Source of the DNA: Marsupella aquatica
Taxonomy: Eukaryota > Plantae > Marchantiophyta
Reading direction: 5' to 3'
Assembly: GCA_973895155.1 (NCBI GenBank)
Contig: OZ316893.1
Location: 14,166,645-14,230,644 of the forward strand
DNA: 64,000 nucleotides
In this document: piece after piece, positions 26,384 through 38,010 of the stretch
How the letters are laid out: every line of letters starts with the position of its first letter
Position numbering within the stretch: the stretch's first letter is position 1
The notes under the pieces: model-generated
Seen by the model: only the letters and a program-made list of their open reading frames with translations
What the model was told of the DNA's origin: nothing
Database searches by the model: none
Program-made: the position numbers and the translations under genes

Positions 26384-26650
26384 ATGCCGAGACCCCAACC
26401 AAGATCACTTGGTAGTTTTAGAGTTCAAAACATTAGGGATTCTTATTTGCGAACGAGAGTACTCAGTCTAAGAGGTAGACGAGGGATTCACTGGTTATCA
26501 ATCACGTGGTGGGAAGGAGATCTCCTCCATTTGGTAATTCTCAAACTAAACGGAAGGATCAATGGAGAAAGATACATTGTTATTTCAATTTCAGAATTGG
26601 CCAGAGACCTCATGACCAGGAGGAATGATAGGAGAAGACATCAGCAGTAA
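26384..26650 (+). CDS. Second small 5' ORF of the gypsy element (88 aa, basic)
   Basis: Its ATG lies 9 nt after the stop of the previous ORF, in the same frame. Confidence 0.4.
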   Translation: MPRPQPRSLGSFRVQNIRDSYLRTRVLSLRGRRGIHWLSITWWEGDLLHLVILKLNGRINGERYIVISISELARDLMTRRNDRRRHQQ

Positions 26651-26933
26651 GAAGATTGTCTTTTTGGAAGAGGAAACAGGGAGAAGAAGAGACCCGGACC
26701 AATGTCCAACCCGGACCCGGACATTTGTCCGGGTAGGCCATTGTCCGACCCGGATCAGAGGCCGGGTCTGAACCATCGTACCCAAAAGGCACCCGAAAAC
26801 TCAAGAGGTAAGAAGTAAACGTCGTGACCTAGGGAACCTCAGGGTGGACCCTTGGCAAGAAAAAGAGGAGTATGTCCAGGAATCTCATGAGGATCGATTC
26901 ATTCAATTATTCCAATCAGATTTATGAGTTGGT

Positions 26934-29900
26934 ATGTCAAACAAAGGAAAGTCAAATTGGAGAAAGAAGAGTAACGTTGACTCTGAGGACGAATCATCAG
27001 GAGTGACATCAGTGCAGCCACGACAACTATTTCCTGATTCACCACCTGTTGGGATCGTTTCTGATCGACTGACGGAACTCCAAGATCGATACGGAAAAGG
27101 GAGTATTGAAAACCCTACCTCAAGTCGTCCAACCTACATTAATTTAAGATCTGGACCTAAATTGGTACCACCAACCCAGATTGGTAGGGGATCAATACCC
27201 ACAGGAAGAGGACGACAAAAGGCTACAAGTTTAGACAGATTGAAGACCCCTCGGCAATTCCAAACCTTGGGTACGGCAAAATTTGAAGAGGATTGGGAAT
27301 TGGAAGTCCAATCAGAACAAACTGAAACTACCTCTCCAGAAATTGAGGAACAACATCCAGAGGAATCGGGTGGAGATAATGAAGTTCACCTAAATAAAGC
27401 ATATTCGGAGGACGAATATAACACCACTGATCCAGAATCACTTGTGACTCCAAGCCCTCCAACAATTAGCGGTACTAGCAATTCAAGTGTTCCACCTAGT
27501 ACACCGCGTGTGATTGTGAATTCTGTAAGTAGTACTTCCTCTCAAAGAAATCCTACCTTCACCATGACGAGTAGAGGAAGAGTTAAGTACGAAAACTTCC
27601 GTGGAAAGAAGGCAGATGCTGATACTTGGATTGAAGACTTTGAAGCCATCGCCACTTCAAATGGCGATGACACCCCCGATATGAAAGCTAAAATCTTTGG
27701 AGGATTAATGAAAGGAGAAGCAAGAACCTGGTATTTAGGATTGCCGGACAAAACAGATTGGGCCACTGTAAAGGCTGAATTTCTCAATGAATTCAAGGAA
27801 GAAGGAGCTACTTCTCGGGCCTTCACTCGACTCAGTTCTGTTGCAATGAAGAAAGGAGACTCCCTTAGAGCCTATATGCAACGAGTAAGTAAGTTGGCTC
27901 GGAGAGTAACCCCGACACCTGGAGCTCACCTGGTAAAGGAATGGTTTATCCAAGGATTGTATCCAAAGATGAATCGTTTTGTGCGGAGATCAGAACCTGC
28001 TACATTAGATGAAGCCTATTCCAAAGCCCAATCTTATGTTGATTCAGAAATGAGCCAGAGGAAACAGTTGGTGAAGGAGCTGAGACGGGAAAAAGCGAAA
28101 CAGAAGAAAGGGAAGAAGAAGGGAAAGAAGAAAAGTAAGAGGAAAGACGAATCCTCTTCGTCTGAGACTTCCTCTTCGGATTCCAATAGTGACGATTCTT
28201 CTAGCACCTCCAGTAGCGACTCAGATGACTCATCTTCGGACTCGGACTCGGATAAGGACATAAAACCTAAGAAGGTGGACACAACCAATAAAGCAAAGAA
28301 GGAGGTGGAAAAAATGAAAGGAATGTTGTCCTCACTCACTAAGGAAATGAAAAGTCTGTCTGTGAATTTAGCTTCTATAAAAGGTCCAAGGAAAACACCA
28401 CTAGTTTTAAGACACAATGTTTGGTGTTCCCTTTGTAGAAAGATGGGGCATTATCCCCATGAGTGTCCCACGGCCTCCCGAGTCAATTATGTCTTCAATG
28501 ATGAAGGACTGGTAGAAGGGAATTATGAGGACCCTTCTTACCAGCCTGTGTTCCCTGAGGTGGCGTACCAAATTCAGACCGGACCATCAGCTCCCCCTCC
28601 TGTTCAATACTTCCCACCGCCACGACAAATCTCCAATTTCAATAGGCCAGTATATAAACCTCCTATGGCACCACCAGGAGGATACCCCCCGAGAAATCAA
28701 ATGAATAGAGGTGAGTGTTGGAATTGCGGATCAAAGGATCACTATTCCCCTTCATGCCCATGGCCAAAGAGAGATACGGGGTATTCACCGATGTGTGGTA
28801 ATTGTGGACAAGAAGGGCATCTTCCATTGGAATGTCCCCAACCACCCAAGGCCAAGATGATGGTACGATATGTGAAGGACTCGCCTGCTGCACCAATAAA
28901 AACAGACTCAGCCGTCAGGTTGGTTTACCTAGAAGAAGATGCGGACCCCCATTTTGAACAATGTCGGCTTGTAGATCAAAGTGAAGAAGTGACTCCCGAC
29001 CAGCTTCCAGAAGTGAAGAAATGGCAGGATCCCATACAGTTACAACCATTGGCGGGTATTACCTATGACCGTGATTGTGAATACTTAATAAAAGAGGAAG
29101 AAAAAGGACAGCCAAATCTAAGAACTCGCAACAGGGACAGGATCCTGAATGTTTTTGCAACCACCAGGTCCAAAAAGACAGAAGAAAAGGAGGAATTACA
29201 AAGGGAGCCTCGAAAGAAATCTGAAAAGAAGCAAGACAAGCATAAGGGACCGGTAGTCCTTCCAGAGGACAAGGATGATGCGGCATATGACCGCTATGAC
29301 CCTAAGTATTTTCTGCCAGACATTTCAAAGGAAGTAAAGGAGATACTCCAAGAAGAATTAATGGCAGAATCAGCACCAGTAGCAGAAGGTCCTATTGTAG
29401 GAAGGAAGCAAAGTTCTGTTGACAACATCCCTATTAAGAAAGTTCAGTTTGAAGTAGATCCTGTTCGGCTAAGAATTGATGGCCTTCGTTCTCCTTACAA
29501 TATTGTTGAGGATGTTAGTGGTTTAAAGGCCAACATTACCTTTGGAGAGTTACTGCGCTCCAATCCTAATTTTCGGAAACAAATGAAAACTCTAGTGTCC
29601 TCTAGGCGAAGATCCTTCAAATTGCCCAGTGTTCACCAGTGTATGCAAATTGAATCAAAGGACTTTGGACCTCCAAAAATTGAAGTTCAGATTGCAGGTT
29701 GCGTGATTACCAAGGTACCTGTTGATGGTGGCTCTAGTGTAAATATCATGACAGAGGCTACTGCAACAGAGTTGGGATTCCTTAAGTTTGATCCTACTCC
29801 AAAAATTTTGAGAATGGCCGACCAGACCAGAGTGATACCGGCTGGATCCATAAAAAAAGTGGATACTATAATTGGAGGGTGCAATTTCAAATTAGATTAT

Positions 29901-30326
29901 ATCATCATTCAACCTAGCACTCCTTCTTCCTTCCCAATTCTTCTTGGACGACCATGGCTGTACATGGCCCAAGTTAAAGTTAATTGGCATGCTAAGCAAT
30001 TTTCATTTGGTTCGCCTCGAGTTATCCTAAGTTGGGAAGACGAACCCCATCAAGGAGAAACAGAAGAAGATGAGGGATATACCTCTGAGTCCACCATCAC
30101 ATCTTCCGATGGGAAAGAAACACCTTCCAGGAGCAAGAAGTCCAAAGTGCAACTAAGGGAAGAGGATGTAAGATTTTTAGATATTTTTGAGTTTGAAGCA
30201 CCAACATTAAATGAAACCAACGGAGCTAGTTCACTGGTCCACCCAAACTTGCACCATTTAACAAGGGAGACTCAACCCGGACCCGGATTCTATGAGACCC
30301 GGAACCCGGACAAATGTTCGGATTGA
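26934..30326 (+). CDS. gag: Gag-protease polyprotein (1130 aa)
   Basis: Retrotrans_gag-like core (F.GKKADADTWIEDFE...LMKGEARTWY...WATVKAEFLNEF...WFIQGL), three CX2CX4HX4C knuckles (CSLCRKMGHYPHEC, CWNCGSKDHYSPSC, CGNCGQEGHLPLEC) and an aspartic protease (VPVDGGSSVNIM...ILLGRPWL). Confidence 0.92.
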   Translation: MSNKGKSNWRKKSNVDSEDESSGVTSVQPRQLFPDSPPVGIVSDRLTELQDRYGKGSIENPTSSRPTYINLRSGPKLVPPTQIGRGSIPTGRGRQKATSLDRLKTPRQFQTLGTAKFEEDWELEVQSEQTETTSPEIEEQHPEESGGDNEVHLNKAYSEDEYNTTDPESLVTPSPPTISGTSNSSVPPSTPRVIVNSVSSTSSQRNPTFTMTSRGRVKYENFRGKKADADTWIEDFEAIATSNGDDTPDMKAKIFGGLMKGEARTWYLGLPDKTDWATVKAEFLNEFKEEGATSRAFTRLSSVAMKKGDSLRAYMQRVSKLARRVTPTPGAHLVKEWFIQGLYPKMNRFVRRSEPATLDEAYSKAQSYVDSEMSQRKQLVKELRREKAKQKKGKKKGKKKSKRKDESSSSETSSSDSNSDDSSSTSSSDSDDSSSDSDSDKDIKPKKVDTTNKAKKEVEKMKGMLSSLTKEMKSLSVNLASIKGPRKTPLVLRHNVWCSLCRKMGHYPHECPTASRVNYVFNDEGLVEGNYEDPSYQPVFPEVAYQIQTGPSAPPPVQYFPPPRQISNFNRPVYKPPMAPPGGYPPRNQMNRGECWNCGSKDHYSPSCPWPKRDTGYSPMCGNCGQEGHLPLECPQPPKAKMMVRYVKDSPAAPIKTDSAVRLVYLEEDADPHFEQCRLVDQSEEVTPDQLPEVKKWQDPIQLQPLAGITYDRDCEYLIKEEEKGQPNLRTRNRDRILNVFATTRSKKTEEKEELQREPRKKSEKKQDKHKGPVVLPEDKDDAAYDRYDPKYFLPDISKEVKEILQEELMAESAPVAEGPIVGRKQSSVDNIPIKKVQFEVDPVRLRIDGLRSPYNIVEDVSGLKANITFGELLRSNPNFRKQMKTLVSSRRRSFKLPSVHQCMQIESKDFGPPKIEVQIAGCVITKVPVDGGSSVNIMTEATATELGFLKFDPTPKILRMADQTRVIPAGSIKKVDTIIGGCNFKLDYIIIQPSTPSSFPILLGRPWLYMAQVKVNWHAKQFSFGSPRVILSWEDEPHQGETEEDEGYTSESTITSSDGKETPSRSKKSKVQLREEDVRFLDIFEFEAPTLNETNGASSLVHPNLHHLTRETQPGPGFYETRNPDKCSD

Positions 30327-30925
30327 CAATTAAAGGACCCGGACCCGGCTCAACAAGGAGAAATGGAAGACTTCCGAAACTCAAAATCTTCTGAATTTTT
30401 TTCTGAGAATAAGGACGGAACTAAGGCACCCACGGGTAAAATCCTAAGTTCAACTGATGAGTCTGCTGACAACTATAAAGAATTTCAACCTATGGGGTTT
30501 ACGGAGGGGATTGTGGATCCAAAAGCCTGTCAGAAAATTGAAATAGAACCTGGTAAATTCCTTAACATAAGTAAACACATTCAAGGAGATTTGAGGGAAA
30601 AATACATAGATCTGCTGAAGCAATATCGAGATGTGTTTGCTTGGAGCCATAAGGACATCAAGGGAATCCACCCATATCTGGGACAACACCGAATTGATCT
30701 TACTGAAGGATCGATACCAATCCGGCAAAGACAGTATCGACTCAACCCGAAGTACTCCATTATGGTTAAAGAAGAGATAGATAAGCTAACTGAAGCATGA
30801 TTTATTTTTCCAGTACTCAACAGCGAATGGGTATCCCCCATTGTCATTGTTCCCAAGAAGTCTGGACCTGATGGCAAGGTCAAGATCCGTGTGTGTCAAG
30901 ATTATCGCAAGCTCAATGCGGTTAC
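30327..30925 (+). pseudogene. pol: pol remnant: RT N-terminus in frame with gag-pro, truncated
   Basis: Reads YRDVFAWSHKDIKGI...HRIDL...PIRQRQYRLNP...VKEEIDKLTEA*FIFPVLNSEWVSPIVIVPKK...IRVCQDYRKLNAVT. The stop at 30798 replaces the conserved Gly of AGFI. Similarity ends abruptly at ~30925. Confidence 0.88.
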
Positions 30926-31499
30926 GCAAAGATCTGAAAACGCAAAGATCAAGAGACACAGGATGTCTCACAACGAAAACACAATTGTCTAGAAGAAAGA
31001 GCCCCTCCAAGCAACGGAGTCGTGACATAGAAGAAGGCGGAACCAAAGAAGTGTTGAACTAAGACGTCATTCGCAACGACCATACAACCATGACTTATTC
31101 CATGCACACGTAGTCGACACAATCTCTACGTGGTTCACCTTTTCTCCAAGGCTACGTCCACACGAACACTCAAACTTTACTTCAAGAGTAAACGAACACA
31201 CATGCTCTCCCTCTTCCTCAAGTTGCTCCGTTACAAATGAGTAAGCACCACACCAGCGACTTACACTAGCCCTGGTATATACAAGGTCACACACGACTAA
31301 CCTAACCTCAGCTAAGACCCTAACTGTGGTTAGCCTAAGTGTCGTAACCTTTGAGACACAAGACTAAGAGCAATCCTTAACAAGAAGGAGAAGGCGAAAC
31401 CAGATACAAAGGAAAAAGTCAACATTTTGGCCTGCCTATCGAGAAAAACACGAGATGCACAACGCGCAAAATTGCCAAGAAAAGAGTGAAAATGCAACA

Positions 31500-31800
31500 T
31501 TCATGACGTTTTTTCGAGAAAAAATTGACTAAGTGCAAGCCCTCTATAAGTGCACTTAACCATAACTGCAAAATTAAGTGCAAACCCTCTATAATTGCAC
31601 TTAACCATAACTGCAAAATTAACTGCACAATTGGATAAGTGCACAATCAATACAAAGGAAACAGAGAATACAAAGAAATATTTGCAGTTAACCATATACA
31701 CATGAAAAATTGAACTTAAGTGCACATTCTCACAAAACAAACAGAGAATACAAAGAACCTAGTGCAATTAACCATACCCACATTAAAACAAAAAAACCCT
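31500..31800 (+). repeat. Tandem repeats in the copia leader region
   Basis: AAGTGCA...TGCACTTAACCATAACTGCAAAATT (~48-bp unit) x2-3 and AAACAGAGAATACAAAGAA x2. Confidence 0.7.
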
Positions 31801-31997
31801 CAAACGCATTCTCTCTACCCTTCCACTTTTCTTGCATGGGGCATTAAACCTAAAACCTAAGAAATGCAAACCCTAAGCATAAGGAAGTAATGTAAGTAAA
31901 TATACTATACCTTACGCATAGACATATCAGATTTATTTGCAAAGCGCACAAAGGAACCTAACATCTGCCATTCCCGCACCGCAAAACCTAAAAGAAA

Positions 31998-34900
31998 ATG
32001 ACAAACTTCTAGAAACTAAGCTTTCAAGCACTTACCATAGATGGCGCAAACTACTTATCTTGGTCCATAGCGCATTTAACCGTGAAAGATATCCACAATG
32101 CCATTACGACCACCGTAGGCACTACTCCCCAACAAAACGCAAAAGCTTTAATATTTATCCGCCATCACCTAGCAAAACCTCTCAAACATCAATACCTGAA
32201 TGTGAACAACCCACAAACCCTGTGGGACAACCTAAAATCCCGCTTTGACCACACAAAGACAATCCATTTATCTCAGGTGCGACATGATTGGGTCAACCTG
32301 AGGGTACAAGACCACGTATCCATAGAAGCGTACAATAGCAAACTTTTCAGAATCACCTCTCACTTAGCCTTATGCGGTCACCCCGTCGATGACGAAGACC
32401 AAATTGAAAAGACTTTATCCACTTTCCATTCAGCCAACATGATCCTATCCGCCCAGTACCGTAATATGAAATTTACTAAATACTCAAAACTCATCGCCCA
32501 CCTACTACTTGCGGAGAAGCACCAGGAATTGCTTCTCAAGAACTCTAAGATGAGACCGCCGGGAACATTATCGGCCGCACCCACAACCAAAACCAACTTT
32601 GAACAACCATCTACCAGTCAATGGAACCAGAGTGACGGTGACATTAGGAACCGCGGAGGGCAACCCACCCGAGGTGATAGACCCACCCGAGGCGGCCAAC
32701 GCTTTAGAGGCGGAAGATTCCAAAACTTCAAGGGGAGCGACCGAGGACGAGGAGCTGGACGCAACAACTTCTCATACACCCGAGGAAGGATGCAACAAGG
32801 AGGTCAAAGGATGAACAACTTTGGCAGAGGCTCATCAAGATAGAAGGGCAATAGGGGGAGTTCTGATATTGAATGTTTCCGATGCGGGACTAGAGGGCAC
32901 CCACAGAAACTTTGCCGAATCCCTGCACACTTAGCAGCCTTATATAAAAACAATCAGAATAAGACTAAGAACCAACAAGAGTCGCATGGAACTTTTCCAG
33001 AACCAGAAGCACATCTAGATAAGTATCAATTCACAGAGGAAATGCCTGAAGCACACATGCTAGCGAGCACATTAGAGTCCTTACATCTAGAAGATATCAG
33101 AACCTGTATATTGGATAGCGGGACATCCCACACCATACTTAAGAGTCCAACATACTTTGACCACATCACCCCATCAAATAGAAAGATGACCACCATCATG
33201 GGAAGCAATAATATAGAAGAAGGACATGGCCGTGCAACCATCACTTTACCGCAGGCCAGGCACCACCATCCACATTAAATCTGCAATATACGCACCTAGA
33301 GCCACACGAAACTTGATAAGTTTCAGGGATATTTGTGAGAACGGATATTATATACACACAAACACTGAAAAGCATCAGGAAGTAATTCACATATTACAGA
33401 ACACAACTGATGGAAGTGAAATAAAAGAGACTTTTCGCTTACCCCTTGGGCTTTTACGTCACGCAATTGCATGCCTTTCATACAACAGCAAACCCTAACA
33501 ATACCTCAGAACTTTGGCATATTCGCTTAGGATACCCAGGGACGAATATGTTTCACCGCATGCAGCAGGTAACATGAGGCATTCCAGAGAATGCTCATCC
33601 TATAGCTCATAATAGACCATGTATGGCATGCTCCAAAGGGAAGCTAGTACTGAGACCTTCAATATCTAAGGCCATATATGAGATGCCAAAATTCCTAGAA
33701 AGGGTACATGCTGACGTATGTGGTCCTATAGAACCACCGAGCCCCGCACCGAGCAGACCATTCCCAGAGTCGAGGAAAAATATGAGCACAATTCCCAGAC
33801 AACCCCATTAAGACTATTAGGGTTGATAACGCTGACAAATTTACTTCTAAAACATTTGAAGATTTTTGTATGGCAGCCGGGATAGATACGCAATATCCCG
33901 TAGCACATGTCCATTTTCAGAATGGATTTGCAGAATCTGTCACCAAGCGTATACAAATGATAGCAAGACCATTACTAATGCAATCACAGCTATCTACAAC
34001 TGCTTGGGGCCACGCTGTACTACAAGCAGCAGCACTGCTCAAGTACCGGCCATCTGCATATAACACCCTGATACCCCACCATTTACCTTTTGGAGTTGAT
34101 CCAGACTTATCCCACATACGCACATTTGAATGTCCGGTATTAGTTCCCATTATGGGACCCAAGCCGGCAAAAATGGGTCCACAAAGACAGAAAGGGATTT
34201 ATATCAAGTTTGATTCACCCGCGATTATTCCATATCTTGAACCATCCACAATGGATATATGTCAAGCGAGATTCGTAGATTGCCATTTTTATGAGGACAC
34301 TTTCCCAAAATTATTTGACGGGAAACAACCATTTGAGAGACCTCAAGAACTAGAATTGAAATGGCAAGTTAACTCTGCATCTTGGAATGACCCATGGACG
34401 CGACAATGTGGAGACGAAGTCCACCGTATCATACAATTAACAAAGACAGTGGAGCAAATGCCAGATGCATTTACTAACATAGCTTAGATTACACGTTCAC
34501 ATATACCTGAAGCAAATGCTCCTGGACGTTTACAAAAGTCAACGCAGATTGCGAGCAACCAACCACCAAGAGCAAAATGAGGTCGCCCGGTAGGGGCTAA
34601 AGATACTCAGCCCTGACAAAGACGGGCATCTACCCCTATATCATCATCAGAACCCATGGTGACATCAACACCAAAACCCGTAGCAACGTCTGCAAATGAC
34701 GAGATTTCAATTCACTACATGAATACGGGGACATGGGACTCTATTTTCCCACTAACACAAACCAAACATTAGTCGGATACGCAGATCCGATTGTGACGAT
34801 GCCAAATCACAAACCGGATATGTATTTTTATATGGAAAAATTGCAATATCATGGAAAAGCACTAAACAAACCCTAACTTGCACTTCATCAAACCACGCCA

Positions 34901-35259
34901 AGATTATTGCACTATATGAAGCAAGTCGCGAATGCATATGGTTACGAAGAATAATTAATCACATTAACATTAACTGTGGATTACCAACACTAACCCAACC
35001 CACAGTGTTATTCAAAGACAACTATGCATGCATTGAACAGGTGTCGAAAGACTTCATCAAAGGCGACAGGATCAAGCATATTGCACCAAAAATTTTCTTC
35101 ACCCATGAGCAAGAGGGCGACACCATCAACGTGAAAGCAATTGCGAGCAAAGACAACCACACAGACTTTTTTACAAAGGCTTTACCTCCATCGACACACC
35201 AAGTTCACTGCCAAGGCATTGGCATGAGAAGATTGTCTAAACTTCAAGAAAATAATTAG
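31998..35259 (+). pseudogene. Degenerate gag-pol of a Ty1/copia Bianca-lineage element with RT deleted
   Basis: Gag reads MTNF*KLSFQALTIDGANYLSW...KALIFIRHHL...QYLNV..P..LWDNLKSRFDH, the Bianca signature. Also seen: zinc knuckle CFRCGTRGHPQKLC, protease CILDSGTSHTIL, integrase (CMACSKGKL, LERVHADVCGP, HFQNGFAES, KMGPQRQKGIY). The sequence then jumps at ~34745 to RNase H (KSQTGYVF...ISWKSTKQT...SSNHA.IIALYEASRECIWLR...KHIAPK). Several stops and frameshifts are present. Confidence 0.88.
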
Positions 35260-35442
35260 ACATCCTACCATATGATAGACTTACATATGTAAACAGGTGG
35301 TTGTACTCTTTCCCTCATAGGAGTATGAGAGGGTTTTAATGAGGCAACACCTTAAATAGAGACATTATGATATTTTGTTGGAGACTTAACCTAGTACTGA
35401 TTTGTTGCTTGCATTATATCCCATAATACAATCAAGGGGGAG

Positions 35443-35580
35443 TGTTAGGATATAAGTACCAAGGTTAGATTAACTAACCAGGATTAATACCCCTGGATTA
35501 GTACCATGTACATTACCCACATATATATAGAAGAGCGGCAGTTGCCATATTGTTGGTTGTTGAATCATTATCATGTAACA
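35443..35580 (+). mobile_element. Right (3') LTR of the Bianca copia element with polypurine tract
   Basis: The PPT (TC)AAGGGGGAG ends at 35442 and is followed by TGTTAG...GTAACA (138 bp, TG...CA). Confidence 0.85.
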
Positions 35581-36479
35581 CTGTAATCTATTTTTTCTTT
35601 CTTTCATCCCCCAATCCAAACTCAATTTTTAGTTTTTGTTTGTGTCCCGGGGTCCTCACTTCTTTTCTTCCAACCCATCACACGCAAATAAGTATAGGGT
35701 TTTTTATTGGGTTTGGTGAAATACTTTTAAATTTTTGTTGAAGAACATTATGGTTATTTTAATCCAATTTTGAGAATTATAAGAATCATAGAGTTTTTAA
35801 AATCAAAATTGGGATTATTCTTGGAATAATCTATTAAGTTAGGGGTAAAAAAATTCCTTAAGTTTTAGGGTGTTTATTCCCGTAAAACTTTGCGCATGAT
35901 ATGGGACAGCCCTTGGATTGAGGCCCATCAGAATCTAGGAACTCCAAGTGTCTCAACTCAAACTCAATAGGCATTGGTAAGTAGGTCAGTGAATAGAACC
36001 TCTTGGGGCCACGTGGCCCTTGCCATAAGCCAGAGCCGACATCCATTGTTTGTCCAAAATAACCCCTTTGTTGGGTGCTGCTTGTGCTTTCTCACTTTCT
36101 CTCCGTCATTGGCTGACCGCCCTACCCCTAGGACATACTCATGAGCCAACTAGCTACATTGTTCACCATAATTAGTGTGACTAACACTAAATTCGAGAAC
36201 GCCAATTTTCAAGGCCTACTCGTGAATTAGTGTTAGTGTTATTGTGGTCTTAAGAGTGGCAAAATAGAGAGAAAAAAACTATCATGAAAAATCCACAACA
36301 ATTAGTGTTACTTTGGACTCAAGATCATCCATTTTTTACAAACAATTTAAACTAAAGTGGAAAAAAATGTTTTAAAAATTGACAAAAATTAGTGTTACTT
36401 GGACTCAAAATCACTTTTACCAAAATTAGTGTAACATTAATTTTGTATTAACACTAATTCGTGCATAACTAATTAAGGT

Positions 36480-37504
36480 GAATAGCGTAGCTTGTCTCTA
36501 AGCTTGTCCCAAATGTCGGAACCAATTTGCACTCCAATAACCATCTCCAAGATTCCAACCCAACTGAGAGTCTAGGGGAAAAATGCACTTGGACCTGAAC
36601 ACCCATGTTTACTCTACATTGCCTCTCTAACGCAAGCTCCTGTGGAAAAGTGAATGCGGCTTGGCTACTATTTTGGTATGATTTGGAAAGCGGGTGATAT
36701 AGCCCCTGCAAACCTTGAGACCCAAAGGCACCCCTAGATCCAATTGAGCTTAAGAAGATGTCCTCCTCAAGATATTTCTACCGCATCCAAGAAGTCCTCT
36801 AATGGACTTTCCTTTGAGAAGTTATCGTCGTTTCATTTGATGATTCTCCTTAGTGTCATGAACATCATAGCTCACGACTTGGTCTCAACCTTGGCCCCGA
36901 GGGAGACAGTACTCCCCTCATATATGCTTTTAGAGACCTGTCACCCCCGGACCAACTTTGGTCCCCTATATTTGTCCCTAAACCTAAACTCCAACCCGAT
37001 TGCATGGACACACAACTAACTTGCAATGCATGCCTGTAACTTCCTAGCTAGACGTTTGTGAGTGAAGTGCCTGAGCCCATTGTGATTGGGTCAATCTAGT
37101 GCTCATGTCTAGGCCCTTAGAACCTATGGAGGGTCCGGGACTGCCACATGTGTGCCGCGCCATATCTCATGTGCCAAATGTCGATTGCACATGAAGTAAA
37201 CTTCCTTAGCCTTGGCCCAAGAAGCGTTCACTCAAGCCCTCAGAACTCAAAGTCCATCCCGGGGTTTGGACAGTCCAACTTGAGCCCGGCCCTTCCCATG
37301 ACCCGACCAGCTCCCACGCTAGTCTAATTTAGTGTGTGTCACTAGCTTAACACAATGCCCTTGCTAGTGCAATTCGTTGCCCACTATTCTCCTCATAATA
37401 AGTCTCAACCAGATGGTCGTTCTGGAGGCCTGGACCATAGAGGAGCTCGACTTCAGAGTCAGTGATGCTGGAGCTAAGAGTTAGGGTAGTCGAGTTCCAC
37501 AATT
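36480..37504 (-). mobile_element. Degenerate, truncated copy of the 1.46-1.49 kb solo-LTR family
   Basis: Collinear similarity to 20535-21575, ending GGAGCTAAGAGTTAGGGTAGTCGAGTTCCACAA. Confidence 0.75.
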
Positions 37505-37893
37505 TTTGATGATGAGTCATAAAAGAAACTGAGACGCCCATGTTTTGTCAAATTATTCAGTAATTACCTGGTCCCAATCAATTTAGTTTTGGTTGAACTT
37601 GTGCGTAATTTTGGACTTTTGTTTTGTTTGATCTCAAGGTTTGTGTAGTTAACATTTCACAAGTGAGATAGTGACCAATTTCATTTGGTTAATTTAGTTT
37701 TGGTTAAGCTGGTAATGATTTTTGTTGTTTGATTTGGGACATCAAGGAAGGGGGAAGCTAGGCTGTGGAGTATATCTTTCAGCAGTGTGTGGAGTACCCA
37801 ACCTGAGTTTGATCAGTTAAGAGCTTTAAAATGAGTTTGATCAGTTAAGAGCTTTGAGGGGAGTATATACAGTTACACATTTTTGTGCTTAAC

Positions 37894-38010
37894 GCAATAT
37901 ACTTTTCTGAGTTTCATCTTGTGCATTTGTATTGCAATATACATTTCTGAGTTTCATCTTGTGCATTTGTATTGCGATATACTTTTCTGAGTTTCATCTT
38001 GTGCATTTAT
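37894..38010 (+). repeat. ~40-bp minisatellite x3
   Basis: GCAATATACTTTTCTGAGTTTCATCTTGTGCATTTGTATT is repeated. A 23-bp direct repeat also lies at 37804-37855. Confidence 0.85.

Larger units (their letters stand above)
21734..30925 (+). mobile_element. Ty3/gypsy retrotransposon (non-chromovirus, Athila/Tat-like), 3'-truncated within RT
   Basis: It starts with TG exactly where the copia LTR breaks. A TATA-like GATATAAG is at ~22038, the LTR end (..TACA) is at ~25338 and the PBS is at 25347. Accessory ORFs, gag-pro and the RT N-terminus follow. Confidence 0.85.

Noticed and set aside
30798-30800. Second possible readthrough stop in RT
   Set aside because: It replaces the conserved Gly of the AGFI motif and is followed by TTTATT rather than CARYYA, so it is best read as a nonsense mutation.
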